Source of the DNA: an uncultured Gammaproteobacteria bacterium
Lineage (GTDB): Bacteria > Patescibacteriota > Microgenomatia > Daviesbacterales > UBA10151
Length of the DNA: 64,000 nucleotides
NCBI GenBank assembly: GCA_964390595.1
Contig: CAYMIA010000005.1
Span: forward strand, 3,586 to 67,585
Direction: 5' to 3'
Below the pieces are notes generated by a model that saw only the letters and a list, made by a program, of their open reading frames with translations, did not search any database and had not been told where the DNA came from. Below, piece after piece: positions 19,020-28,219 of this stretch. Position 1 is the first letter of the stretch, and every line of letters starts with the position of its first letter. The translations under genes and the position numbers were made by a program.

Positions 19020-19388
19020 ATGGTTGGCGATCGGTCATATGAATTTTATCATGATAAAGCCTGGGAACTCATAATGGGGGCAAAAAAAGATAACGATTTA
19101 GGAGATTTAATTTCTGCTCAACGTTCTTATGCTTTGGCAGGTCAGGTGGAGGAGATAGGTTTTAGTTTTTTACCTCCTGAAGATGAAGCCAGACGAATTG
19201 CTGCCGGAAAAAACATTATTGCTCTTTATGCCAGAGGAGGAAATTTTTTAAGATTAATATCGGTATATCATGGGCTTTTATCCGGACTTAATTGGTCTGA
19301 TGAACAAAGATCAGAGATGGAAGAGATACTTAGGTGGGTTTATCAGGGAATTGATAATTCGACAGTTGCTTTAGTGTTAAGAAGTTGA
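19020..19388 (+). CDS. hypothetical protein
   Basis: ORF only. Confidence 0.3.
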   Translation: MVGDRSYEFYHDKAWELIMGAKKDNDLGDLISAQRSYALAGQVEEIGFSFLPPEDEARRIAAGKNIIALYARGGNFLRLISVYHGLLSGLNWSDEQRSEMEEILRWVYQGIDNSTVALVLRS

Positions 19389-19886
19389 TTTGTAGAAATT
19401 AAAATTGCCTTCTTTTTTGTAAGGTGACCAGTTTTTGAAGTGATAGGTTTGAGTGATGACGATGGCGCCTGGTTTTAATTCTTTTTGAAGCTTTTTTTCT
19501 AAACGGTTGACAGCTTTGTTTAAGAGATAAATGTAGACTACATCTGCTGGGTAATAATTGCGGTCAAAAATATTGCCGTGATAAAAGTGAGCGTTTTGGA
19601 GTTTTAATTTTCTGGCTTGATGTCTGGAGTACCAAACTCGGAGCCAAGATTGTTCAATTCCATAAGAGATGGCACCAAGTTTAGCGGCGGCAAGGACTAC
19701 TCTGCCATCACCAGAGCCTAATTCATAAAAGTTTTTGCTCTGACCAACCCGGGCGAGCTTTAAAACTTGGGTAATTAAATCCAGTTTAGTTGGGACATAA
19801 GGAGCATCAGATCCAGCAAACCAGGAGAGTCCTAAAAATCCCAGAGGGAGAAGAATTAAAACAAAAATAAGCAGAGGATCGATCAT
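19377..19886 (-). CDS. class I SAM-dependent methyltransferase, N-terminally membrane anchored
   Basis: motif I FYELGSGDGRVV, post-I acidic GIE, motif IV-like region; N-terminal TM. Confidence 0.5.
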   Translation of the reverse strand: MIDPLLIFVLILLPLGFLGLSWFAGSDAPYVPTKLDLITQVLKLARVGQSKNFYELGSGDGRVVLAAAKLGAISYGIEQSWLRVWYSRHQARKLKLQNAHFYHGNIFDRNYYPADVVYIYLLNKAVNRLEKKLQKELKPGAIVITQTYHFKNWSPYKKEGNFNFYKSTS

Positions 19887-19888
19887 CT

Positions 19889-20899
19889 TTATTTTTTACC
19901 TAGTAATTTAAGTAGAAAAAGCTTGATTGGCATGACTTTATCAATGCTGGTAAAAGCCCAGTAAAGCGGATCATTAAAAACTAAATCAAAGGTGCCGATA
20001 TATTCAGTTAGTTTGGCACCATAACCTTTTTTGAAATTATGGAAGCCGATCCAAGGATCCTTTGGATTTGGATCTGGACCAAGTGCTCCCCACATATCAA
20101 ATTTGGTAAGCCCTAAGCGTTTACCAACTTTAATTGCTTCCCAAGCGACCAAATTGCTGGCCATGACTTCTTTGTGGAGATTAGACGAAGCGCCATAAGG
20201 ATAGTAGAGAGTGTCTTTGAAGTTAAAAAGCATCCAAGCCGAAAGCGGTTCATCCTGATAAAAACCAATTACAACTCTAGCCATATTGGCATCTCTTAAA
20301 GTTTTCCAAACCTGTCGGTGGTAGTGTTCATTGTGAGACTGAAAGTTTTGTCTTTTGGTTGTTTCAAAGTGGAGTTTTAAAAAGATTTCAAAACCTTTGT
20401 CATCAGTCCGTTCTTCCACTGTGACTCCCCTTTTTTCAGCTAGGCGGGTGTTATAGCGGGTTTTTTGGTGCATATTTTTAAGGAGATCTTCTTCTGTGGG
20501 AGTTAAATCGAGGACAAAATTATACTTGGTAAACAAAGGTTTGGGAGATGGTTGAAAGGTGGGGTAGATTGAGTAAATGGGGGTGGAGGATTCAATATTT
20601 GGTTCAACTTTAATAAAAGCCGTATGATGTTCGGGTCCGATTTGTTCAAGTGCCTCTGCAAGCTCTTTGTTAGGTAGTGGACCTTTAGGGAGATAACCGA
20701 CAAACTGTTTGGTAAAAGGGATTTGATGTAAAGTTAACTGAAAGGCGGTTATGAGTCTCTCACCCTCGTAGATGCCATAACGGAGCAATGGTGTTCCTAG
20801 GTTTTTGCGGAACTCTCCCCACTCAAATGACTGCATGACATGAGTAACTACATTATTATAGTTGTCCTTTTGATCGTCCGTAATTGGTTTAATATTCAT
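19889..20899 (-). CDS. FemABX-family peptidoglycan aminoacyl/peptidyl transferase
   Basis: collinear by eye with FemX: QSFEWGEFRK, GYLPKGPL, FIKVEPN, LYYPYGAS, FDMWGAL, NFKKGYGAKLTEYIGTFD. Confidence 0.6.
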   Translation of the reverse strand: MNIKPITDDQKDNYNNVVTHVMQSFEWGEFRKNLGTPLLRYGIYEGERLITAFQLTLHQIPFTKQFVGYLPKGPLPNKELAEALEQIGPEHHTAFIKVEPNIESSTPIYSIYPTFQPSPKPLFTKYNFVLDLTPTEEDLLKNMHQKTRYNTRLAEKRGVTVEERTDDKGFEIFLKLHFETTKRQNFQSHNEHYHRQVWKTLRDANMARVVIGFYQDEPLSAWMLFNFKDTLYYPYGASSNLHKEVMASNLVAWEAIKVGKRLGLTKFDMWGALGPDPNPKDPWIGFHNFKKGYGAKLTEYIGTFDLVFNDPLYWAFTSIDKVMPIKLFLLKLLGKK

Positions 20900-21007
20900 G
20901 ATCTTATTATATTGTCAAAGAGTGAGTTTTACGAGAAGGGAATTAAATTAGAAGACTCGCTGTTGACAAGCTGATAAAAATTTACTATAGTACGCAACAA
21001 TAAATAT

Positions 21008-21649
21008 ATGGAACGACGAGACCTTCTAATTACCGGTTTGGCATTGTTACTTATCTTGGGTATTATTGGTGGAACTGTTTTTTATCTGTTTCATCTTTTT
21101 CAAAAACCGAAGATCAGTTCTTTAAATAACCGCTCAGCAGTACCACTCGCGAGCACAGCAACTTTACCAACTAACCGGGCTGTGGCAAGTACTGCGCCAG
21201 CTCAAAATGGTAATCAAGGAAATAACACAGCTGCAATTGCGGATCCAAACTTTAAGACTTATTCAGGCGCTGGATTTAGCTTGAAGTATCCCAAAAGTTG
21301 GGGGTTACTAACTTGTTCAAACTCACAAAACTTTGAACTTGATCCCACTAATGGTTCCGATCAACTGAATGTTCCCTGCGATTATGCATTAAAGCCAGTC
21401 TCTGTTTTGGTGAACAGTAATGATTGTACTGGAACCCCAATTACTTTGGGCGCGAACGCATTTTTAAAGACCAAAACTACTACACCTGAAGGAGATGCTA
21501 AATATAGCTGGTGCACAAAAAGCAGTGTTCCTAATTTGAATGTGACACACCGGGTTTCTCCACAAACCGCTCGGGGGTACAGCAACTCTGACTACTCAAG
21601 TCAAATAGAAGAGATGCTAAAAACTGTTAGGTTTGGCGGAGCTTCCTAA
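21008..21649 (+). CDS. signal-anchored secreted protein, paralogous family member 1 (motif GFSLKYPKSW)
   Basis: N-terminal TM LLITGLALLLILGIIGG, low-complexity linker, globular domain starting G[FY]S[LV]KYP. Confidence 0.45.
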   Translation: MERRDLLITGLALLLILGIIGGTVFYLFHLFQKPKISSLNNRSAVPLASTATLPTNRAVASTAPAQNGNQGNNTAAIADPNFKTYSGAGFSLKYPKSWGLLTCSNSQNFELDPTNGSDQLNVPCDYALKPVSVLVNSNDCTGTPITLGANAFLKTKTTTPEGDAKYSWCTKSSVPNLNVTHRVSPQTARGYSNSDYSSQIEEMLKTVRFGGAS

Positions 21650-21678
21650 GACTCTTTTTATCTGTTAAACTATTCTTA

Positions 21679-22536
21679 ATGCAGAAAGGGATTGCTAATT
21701 TAGTTTTGTTAATTGGGGTGATTCTGATTGGGGTACTAGTTTATGGAACTTTTCATATTGAAGACATTAGAAGGTTTGAATTAAAGTTTCCCAAGGCAAC
21801 CTCCGCTCCAACTCAAACTGTTAATCCGACAATTTCTAAGCCATCCCCTACTCCTCAAGATGAGACAGCAAATTGGCAGACATATCTAAACCAGGAAGGT
21901 GGTTATTCGGTGAAATATCCACCCGATTATATAGTAGAGACTGCTAATATATCTAATAATTTACCTCAGACAAGTGTAACTATTATCCCAAAGAACTATA
22001 CAACGCTAAGAAAAGATCAGTTTTTAGGAGGGATTGGAGTAGATAAACAACCAGCCAAGCTGCCTTTAAATATAGCGGTAGAGGATTATTTAAATAAATA
22101 TTATTCAGATGGTTGTTGTAATGTAGTTTTTAAATCCGCTCACATGGCTAAATTAGGAGATGTAGATGTATATCAAATTTTAACTGCGGACGATCCGGTA
22201 AAACCGGCTATAATTTATGTGGAGCTGGATAGGTATTTGTATGTCTTTACGTTTCAAACTGGAGGTGGTCCTCGACCGTCAGCCTCTCAAGCTAGAAACT
22301 ATCAGGATTACGAAAAAATTATTTCGACCTTTAAGGCTGTTTCTACCTCAGTTTCTGCTGATGAAAAAGCGAGGATTGATATTTGGATTTCAAGAAATAG
22401 TCTAAACCAGTATGGGGATCTTCAAGATACTGTTTATGCTGGTGGGACACCTTTGTTTGATGAAACAACAGGGGAGATGATGGACCGTTATGAGTATATT
22501 GTTAAAAGACATCCAGGTAAACCTTGGAATCAATGA
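21679..22536 (+). CDS. signal-anchored secreted protein, paralogous family member 2 (motif GYSVKYPPDY)
   Basis: same architecture as preceding gene. Confidence 0.45.
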   Translation: MQKGIANLVLLIGVILIGVLVYGTFHIEDIRRFELKFPKATSAPTQTVNPTISKPSPTPQDETANWQTYLNQEGGYSVKYPPDYIVETANISNNLPQTSVTIIPKNYTTLRKDQFLGGIGVDKQPAKLPLNIAVEDYLNKYYSDGCCNVVFKSAHMAKLGDVDVYQILTADDPVKPAIIYVELDRYLYVFTFQTGGGPRPSASQARNYQDYEKIISTFKAVSTSVSADEKARIDIWISRNSLNQYGDLQDTVYAGGTPLFDETTGEMMDRYEYIVKRHPGKPWNQ

Positions 22537-22549
22537 TATACTTAAGTAG

Positions 22550-23203
22550 ATGCAGCGAGGAAATATTGCCCTAATCCTACTGGTAGCTTTTTTATTAATT
22601 GGAATTCTGGTGGGTGGGTTGATTTTTTACCAAAGCCAGAAAAAAACTCCCCTAGTTATTAATCAAAAAGTTTTGACTACCCCGGTTCCAACTCCTTTGG
22701 TACTAACTTATTTAGACAGTACTTTTGGATTTAAATTTTCTTACCCAGCTTTGCTGATAGTTAAGTCTGATTCGGAATCAGATTATAATTTGAGAAATGG
22801 GGGAGACGCTAGGAAAGATTTTAACAGTTATGTTCAATATGAACCTCCTCAAATAGCGAGCGCAAGTGCTGTGGTGGCTAAAACCCAAAAGTTGAATAAT
22901 GCACCATTTCTAATCTGGATATTTGAGAACCCTTTAAACTTAAATGAGATGGCTTGGTTTGAAAAATATTGGTATTACCCTTTTTTATGGGGTCAGTTTG
23001 AGACAGCAGAAAAAGCTAAATTGGCTCCTAGTAAAGAGGTTTCAATTGATCAGGGGTTGGTTAAATATGGTGAGGTAGCCTATCAAGCAGGTTCTCCAAA
23101 ATATTATTTAATCCCCAAAGACCAAAAGATGATTTTAATTAGAGTTTTAGAGGGTGAAGAGGGCGCGAAAATTTTAAAAACATTTAGTGCTTCAGCAAAT
23201 TAA
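22550..23203 (+). CDS. signal-anchored secreted protein, paralogous family member 3 (motif GFKFSYPALL)
   Basis: same architecture. Confidence 0.45.
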   Translation: MQRGNIALILLVAFLLIGILVGGLIFYQSQKKTPLVINQKVLTTPVPTPLVLTYLDSTFGFKFSYPALLIVKSDSESDYNLRNGGDARKDFNSYVQYEPPQIASASAVVAKTQKLNNAPFLIWIFENPLNLNEMAWFEKYWYYPFLWGQFETAEKAKLAPSKEVSIDQGLVKYGEVAYQAGSPKYYLIPKDQKMILIRVLEGEEGAKILKTFSASAN

Positions 23204-23911
23204 TTATTCTAGGTAGATGTCAATGAAATGGGCGGACCAGCCAGCAGTTCTGGCGTCATCGAAACCTAGGTCAATGATATCGCCTTTAATCGCTCCGCCA
23301 GTGTCTCCGGCGATTGCTTGGCCATAGCCAGGGATGTAAAGTTGGCTTCTCATTTTAATGACAGATGGGTCAACCGCGATAACTCCTTTACCTTGTCTCA
23401 TGCCAATGGCAGTCCACTCGTTGCAACCTGGACAATGAGAATCATAATGAGTTGCCCAAACCCGCATCTTCTTCCAGTATTTAATTTCTCCATTTGGAGT
23501 GGACAGAGTGCGCCAGACGATTTTGGTACCCTTGGAGATTATTTTATCTTTTGGAGGTACAAAATCAGTCGAGACATTTTCTCTGGAATATTCCTCCCCT
23601 TCATAAAGGGTGATCTTAATGACTTTGGTGCGATGACCGTCTTGACCTTCTTCAAGAACTGAATCTTCACCAATTTCTTTTTCAGGATCATCTTTATAGA
23701 TAGTTTGGCGCTCAATTTTGACTGTTTCAGACTCTAGTTTTGTTTCAAAACGGGAGGTGGTGTGAAGTGGTTGGGGAGCGTCTAAAACTTCGTTGATTGT
23801 TGGAGTTTGCGCTTCAGCTGAGGAGGATGGTACTGTGAGAATGGAAGCAAGGAGAGCTATAACGATTATTCCAGATAGTACTATATATTTATCCATAATA
23901 CCAAAGCTCAA
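23204..23911 (-). CDS. G5-domain plus 3D-domain cell-wall protein (YabE/RpfB-like)
   Basis: G5-like YKDDPEKEIGEDSVLEEGQDGHRTKV; C-terminal 3D domain with conserved Asp in VDPSVI, DTGGAI, DIIDLGFDD; signal anchor. Confidence 0.6.
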   Translation of the reverse strand: MSFGIMDKYIVLSGIIVIALLASILTVPSSSAEAQTPTINEVLDAPQPLHTTSRFETKLESETVKIERQTIYKDDPEKEIGEDSVLEEGQDGHRTKVIKITLYEGEEYSRENVSTDFVPPKDKIISKGTKIVWRTLSTPNGEIKYWKKMRVWATHYDSHCPGCNEWTAIGMRQGKGVIAVDPSVIKMRSQLYIPGYGQAIAGDTGGAIKGDIIDLGFDDARTAGWSAHFIDIYLE

Positions 23912-23993
23912 AGTTCAAATATCAAATCAATGTCGAGTTTTAGAATTTGTAATTTTGAATTCATTTGTAATTTGGTATTTGTAATTTGTAATT

Positions 23994-26021
23994 TTAAAAG
24001 TTGAGCCAGTCGTCTTCGTCGACTTGGCTGACGTCGTCACTGAAGGTGGGTTTGTCTTCGAGACGGTCAGAGTATTTACTATTTGAATCTAGCAGATTTT
24101 CGGGTATCGATGCAATAAAGCGGGAGACTAAATTATTAGAGCGGGTGCCGAAATAAAGCCGGGAGCGGGTGTAGGTTAAGTAGAGGCGGTCTTTAGCCCT
24201 GGTGATGCCGACATAAGCGAGGCGGCGTTCTTCTTCCATCTCATTTGGGTTTAGCATTGATCTTGAATGGGGGAAGAGCCCTTCTTCCATTCCAACTAAA
24301 AAGACCACTGGAAACTCCAGGCCTTTGGAGGCATGGATAGTCATTAGGGTGACAGCTTCTTGTGACTGTTCGGATTTGCCATCTGGCATGTTGTCGCCTT
24401 GGACCAAAGAGACATTTTCTAAAAATGAAACTAAATCAGGAAACTCTTCAGCAACTGAGCGGAGCTCTTTAACGTTTTCAACGCGGTTTTTACCGGCATC
24501 GGTACCATCATCTAAATAAGCGAGGTAACCGGTTTTGATCAAGACGTTGTCTAATAGTTCTAGGGTAGTATAATCACTGGTTTTGCCACTGACCTCCCCA
24601 ATGTATTCAAAAAATTTTTGGGCTCTCCCCTTGCCGATTTTTTCAACTCTTTTTTTGGCGATTGAATCGCTGGGATTTTGGAGCAATTTTAAATAAGAGA
24701 GGACGTCTTTGATCTCTTTTCGGGCATAAAATTGAACGCCACCAAAAAGTTTGTATGGCACTCCAGATTTGAGGAAAGCTTCCTCGAGACTTCTGGATTG
24801 AGCATTGGTTCGGTAGAGGATAGCAAAGTCTGAAAGGGTAAGTTTGGTAGACTCGGGGGTCCTGTCGGCTAACAGCCCCATCCGACCTCCTCGTTCCGTT
24901 AGCACTCCACTGCGGGGGCTCGATGGGGCGCCCCGTTTGCCGTCACCCTCCTCGCCTAACCTAAGTTTTTCTGCGTCACCCAAAATTGAACCACTTGAGG
25001 CCATTCTCAATATTTGATCGATTAGGAAAAGAGCTTCTTCGACCTCATTTCGGGCTTGGAAGATGGTGATTTTGGGGCCCTCTTTTTTATCGGTCCAGAG
25101 TTTTAAAATTGGATGGCTAGTATTTTCGGAGATAACAGCTTGGGCGGCATCAAGGATAACTTGAGTTGAACGGTAGTTTTGTTCCAAATTAAAAACTTTA
25201 GTTTCTGGGTAGTCTTTTTCAAAGTTGACGATGTTCCGGAAGTCGGCGCCACGGAAGCCATAGATGGCCTGGGAGGCGTCTCCAACCACGCAGATGTTCC
25301 GGTAGCGTTTAGCTAGGAGTTTAATGAGTTGATATTGGGCAGCGTTAGTATCTTGATACTCATCAACTAAAATATATTTAAATTGTTGTTGGTAGCGGGA
25401 GAGCACTGGAGGTTGTGATTGAAAGAGACGGATTGTTTCCATAAGCAAGTCATCGAAGTCGAGCGCCCAGTTTTGGCGCAGAATTTTTTGATATTCAATA
25501 TAAACTTTGGCGACAGTTTCTTGAAAATAACCTCTCGCGTACTGCGGATATTCCATTTCAGAGATGACCTCATTTTTGGCTCCAGAGATAGTATTTCGAA
25601 CGGCATTGGGATTAATTTTTTGAGTAGCTAAATTTAATTTAGCCATGGCCTGCTTGATAGCATCGAGAGCATCGCTTTCGTCATAAATTGAAAAGCCGGG
25701 GTTGAGGCCAGCGTTGTGGGCTTCTTTGCGTAGGATTTTAGCGCAGATGGAGTGAAAGGTGCCCATTAGGGGTTGGTTCGAGCTTTTACCTAGGAGTTGT
25801 AAAATCCGCTCGCGCATCTCCCCTGCCGCTTTGTTGGTAAAAGTAACAACTAAAATATTATCTGGGGAGATTTGATGCTGGGAAATTAAATAGGCGACCC
25901 GGTAAGTTAAAACTCTAGTTTTGCCAGAGCCAGCACCAGCTAAAACTAAAACTGGACCTTCAGTGGCTTTAGCAGCTTCTTGTTGAATGGGGTTTAAATC
26001 CTCTAAATTAACACTGGGCAT
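23994..26021 (-). CDS. pcrA: ATP-dependent DNA helicase UvrD/PcrA, carrying a 41-codon GC-rich in-frame insertion
   Basis: motif I LAGAGSGKTRVLTYRVAYL, motif II VDEYQDTN, motif IV YRTNAQSR, C-terminal LAYVGITRAKDRLYLT; insertion RLGEEGDGKRGAPSSPRSGVLTERGGRMGLLADRTPEST precedes motif IV. Confidence 0.85.
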   Translation of the reverse strand: MPSVNLEDLNPIQQEAAKATEGPVLVLAGAGSGKTRVLTYRVAYLISQHQISPDNILVVTFTNKAAGEMRERILQLLGKSSNQPLMGTFHSICAKILRKEAHNAGLNPGFSIYDESDALDAIKQAMAKLNLATQKINPNAVRNTISGAKNEVISEMEYPQYARGYFQETVAKVYIEYQKILRQNWALDFDDLLMETIRLFQSQPPVLSRYQQQFKYILVDEYQDTNAAQYQLIKLLAKRYRNICVVGDASQAIYGFRGADFRNIVNFEKDYPETKVFNLEQNYRSTQVILDAAQAVISENTSHPILKLWTDKKEGPKITIFQARNEVEEALFLIDQILRMASSGSILGDAEKLRLGEEGDGKRGAPSSPRSGVLTERGGRMGLLADRTPESTKLTLSDFAILYRTNAQSRSLEEAFLKSGVPYKLFGGVQFYARKEIKDVLSYLKLLQNPSDSIAKKRVEKIGKGRAQKFFEYIGEVSGKTSDYTTLELLDNVLIKTGYLAYLDDGTDAGKNRVENVKELRSVAEEFPDLVSFLENVSLVQGDNMPDGKSEQSQEAVTLMTIHASKGLEFPVVFLVGMEEGLFPHSRSMLNPNEMEEERRLAYVGITRAKDRLYLTYTRSRLYFGTRSNNLVSRFIASIPENLLDSNSKYSDRLEDKPTFSDDVSQVDEDDWLNF
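24846..24961 (-). mobile_element. GC-rich hairpin-rich insertion element copy B1 inside pcrA/uvrD, flanked by 7-bp direct repeats TAAGTTT (24839-24845 and 24962-24968)
   Basis: 116 nt of ~70% GC in a ~38% GC gene; direct repeats 123 nt (41 codons) apart; removing it restores collinearity with PcrA; related to intergenic copy 35357-35452. Confidence 0.5.
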
Positions 26022-26104
26022 AACTGTTGGCTATCTTATCATTTATAGACAAGTTAGGCAAAGTGAGCTTGACATGAGCCTATAAAGGTATTAATATTCA
26101 GATT

Positions 26105-26509
26105 ATGTCAGAAGCAGAGCAAGTAAGATATACGCCAGATGAGATTCGCGCAATTAGAGATGAGGCGTGGTTGGCGACAGAGGGCGGTAGGACAAAAGGG
26201 ACTTATCGAACTAGAAGTGGAGAGGAAAGATTGGTTGAAGAGGCATTAGCTGCGTATGAAGAAGCTCTTGGAATTCCCCGGGTAGATTTAATCAGTCAGC
26301 GGGGATTGTTTGCGAATAGAAGTGCGATGGAGTGGCATTTTAGTAGAGGTCATTATGGAGGTTCAACTTTAGAGACTACTTATAGATTGGCGGGAATGTA
26401 TGGTGTGGCGAGTGGGCATCAAACTCTGGCGATAGCTGAACAAGAAGCTATTGATAAAGCAATGGGCAAAAAAGTTCTAGACTCAACAAATTCGGTCAGC
26501 TTATTCTAG
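26105..26509 (+). CDS. hypothetical protein (GC-richer than neighbours)
   Basis: ORF only. Confidence 0.3.
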   Translation: MSEAEQVRYTPDEIRAIRDEAWLATEGGRTKGTYRTRSGEERLVEEALAAYEEALGIPRVDLISQRGLFANRSAMEWHFSRGHYGGSTLETTYRLAGMYGVASGHQTLAIAEQEAIDKAMGKKVLDSTNSVSLF

Positions 26510-27561
26510 TATTTTTGAAGTAGTTTTAAAACTGCGTACTCTTCTTTTTTTAAGTCTTTGGGGGTTTTGCTTAGCTTGAAAATTTCTTCGAAGTGGGGGA
26601 TTAAAATTTTGTTTTGATAGGAGTCGATGATGGTGGGATGAATATAATAGTTGCGGCAAACTGTGGGGGTGTTTCTGAGATGATTGGAGACAACTTTAAC
26701 GGTTTGAATAATATTTTGGTTGGCGATATCATCTGTTTGAAAGTCTCCGAAGTGATAAAGAGTGTCGCCAGATAAAACTGTGGCACCCCAAGTCCGGAAG
26801 TCTTTAGCAGTTACATCTTCACCGGTTAAAGACTTTAAATAATCGTTCACATCAGCTGAGTCGATGGTATGGCGGATGTTGTCATCATCTAGATACTGAA
26901 AGATCTCATAACCTGGGAGTTCGATTAGCTCTTTGATAATTTTAGCGATTTTGGGATGAGTAATTGAAACTGAATGGTGGATGCCGCTTTTACCTTTGAA
27001 TTCAAATTTGATCTTTTGGCCTCTGACAAAAACATGACGGTTGCGCAAAGTGGTTAAACCATAGGAGCTGTTCTCTTTGGCGTATTCATCATTACCAACC
27101 CGGATAAAAGTGTGTTCAAGGAGCCAGATGATGGTAGCGGTTAATTGTTTTTTACCTAGATCTGATTGGTTCATATCTGAGGCGACTTTCTGGCGGATCT
27201 CCGGTAAGACTTGACCAAAAAAAGTCATTTTGTCGAACTTTTTTTGTTGAGTGCGGAGAATCCATTCTGGGTGATAGATATATTGCTTGCGGCCTTTTTC
27301 GTCAAAGCCGATGGCTTGCAGGTAACCCGCGCGGGAAGGGGAGATCCAAACATTTTTCCAAGCTGGTGGGATGGTGAGCTTATTAATCCGGTCATTGGTG
27401 TGAGCGCTGCCAATAACCTTGCCATCCGCGTCATGGTATTTAAAGCTTTTGCCATTTTTTTTGCGGGAGTAACCGGGGTTAGTATCGGGGATGTAGCGTA
27501 ACTTAACTTGGTTGAGTTGGTTGATGAGATCGCTTAAATCGGGTGCAGGCATTAGTTTCAT
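26506..27561 (-). CDS. type IB DNA topoisomerase (poxvirus/bacterial TopIB family)
   Basis: collinear by eye with vaccinia TopIB: IGFDEKGRKQYIYH, GLTTLRNRH, FEFKGKSGIHHSV, KDFRTWGAT, catalytic Tyr context NTPTVCRNYYIHP. Confidence 0.75.
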   Translation of the reverse strand: MKLMPAPDLSDLINQLNQVKLRYIPDTNPGYSRKKNGKSFKYHDADGKVIGSAHTNDRINKLTIPPAWKNVWISPSRAGYLQAIGFDEKGRKQYIYHPEWILRTQQKKFDKMTFFGQVLPEIRQKVASDMNQSDLGKKQLTATIIWLLEHTFIRVGNDEYAKENSSYGLTTLRNRHVFVRGQKIKFEFKGKSGIHHSVSITHPKIAKIIKELIELPGYEIFQYLDDDNIRHTIDSADVNDYLKSLTGEDVTAKDFRTWGATVLSGDTLYHFGDFQTDDIANQNIIQTVKVVSNHLRNTPTVCRNYYIHPTIIDSYQNKILIPHFEEIFKLSKTPKDLKKEEYAVLKLLQKY

Positions 27562-27632
27562 TATATATTAATAATGTAGTTTTGTAATGATATCTTGACC
27601 GCAAAATTGACCGGTGGTAATATCAATTTCCT

Positions 27633-27896
27633 ATGGCAAAGGTCAAACTAGTCGATTATTGGGCTCCTTGGTGTGGACCATGTAAGATGATGGAACCAAT
27701 TTTGCATGAGTTGCAAAAAGAGATGGGAGATAATTTGGAGATTGAAGAGATTAATGTTGATGAACACCCAGATAAAGCTTCTTCGGAGGGGGTGATGAGC
27801 ATTCCGACTTATGTGGTAGTCAGGGATGGTAAGGAAGTGGGTAGAAAAGTTGGATTTACTCCCAAAGCTGATATGGCAAAACTACTGGCTGCATGA
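27633..27896 (+). CDS. trxA: thioredoxin
   Basis: WAPWCGPCKMM active site, 87 aa. Confidence 0.8.
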   Translation: MAKVKLVDYWAPWCGPCKMMEPILHELQKEMGDNLEIEEINVDEHPDKASSEGVMSIPTYVVVRDGKEVGRKVGFTPKADMAKLLAA

Positions 27897-28219
27897 GCAA
27901 TTTTAAAGACCGGGTTATTGAGATTATTAAAAAAATTCCCAGAGGTAGAGTGACTAATTACGGTACGGTTGCTGTTTTGGCTGGTTTGCCCCGAGGAGCT
28001 AGGCTCGTTGGAGGAGTACTTCATTTTAACGAAGCGGTTGATGTTCCTTGGCAGAGAATTATTAATAGACACGGATTTATATCAACTAAATGTTTAGAAC
28101 ATCCCAAAGAACTGCAAAAAGCATTGCTTCTCCAAGAAGGCGTAGAAGTATCTGATGATTTCATGATAGACTTGGAGAAGTATGGGTGGTGGGGAGAAAA
28201 ATCTTTGGATTATAGCTAA
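27893..28219 (+). CDS. alkyltransferase-like (ATL) protein: MGMT DNA-binding domain with active-site Cys replaced by Trp
   Basis: collinear with Ogt/Ada C-terminal domain (IPRGRVTNYGTVA...GARLVGGVL) but PCHRV is PWQRII. Confidence 0.65.
   Translation: MSNFKDRVIEIIKKIPRGRVTNYGTVAVLAGLPRGARLVGGVLHFNEAVDVPWQRIINRHGFISTKCLEHPKELQKALLLQEGVEVSDDFMIDLEKYGWWGEKSLDYS

Noticed and set aside
26105-26509. Relatively GC-rich 134-aa ORF next to TopIB, considered as a horizontally acquired toxin/antitoxin or phage gene
   Set aside because: No recognisable motif, no partner gene and no flanking repeats; the compositional difference is modest.
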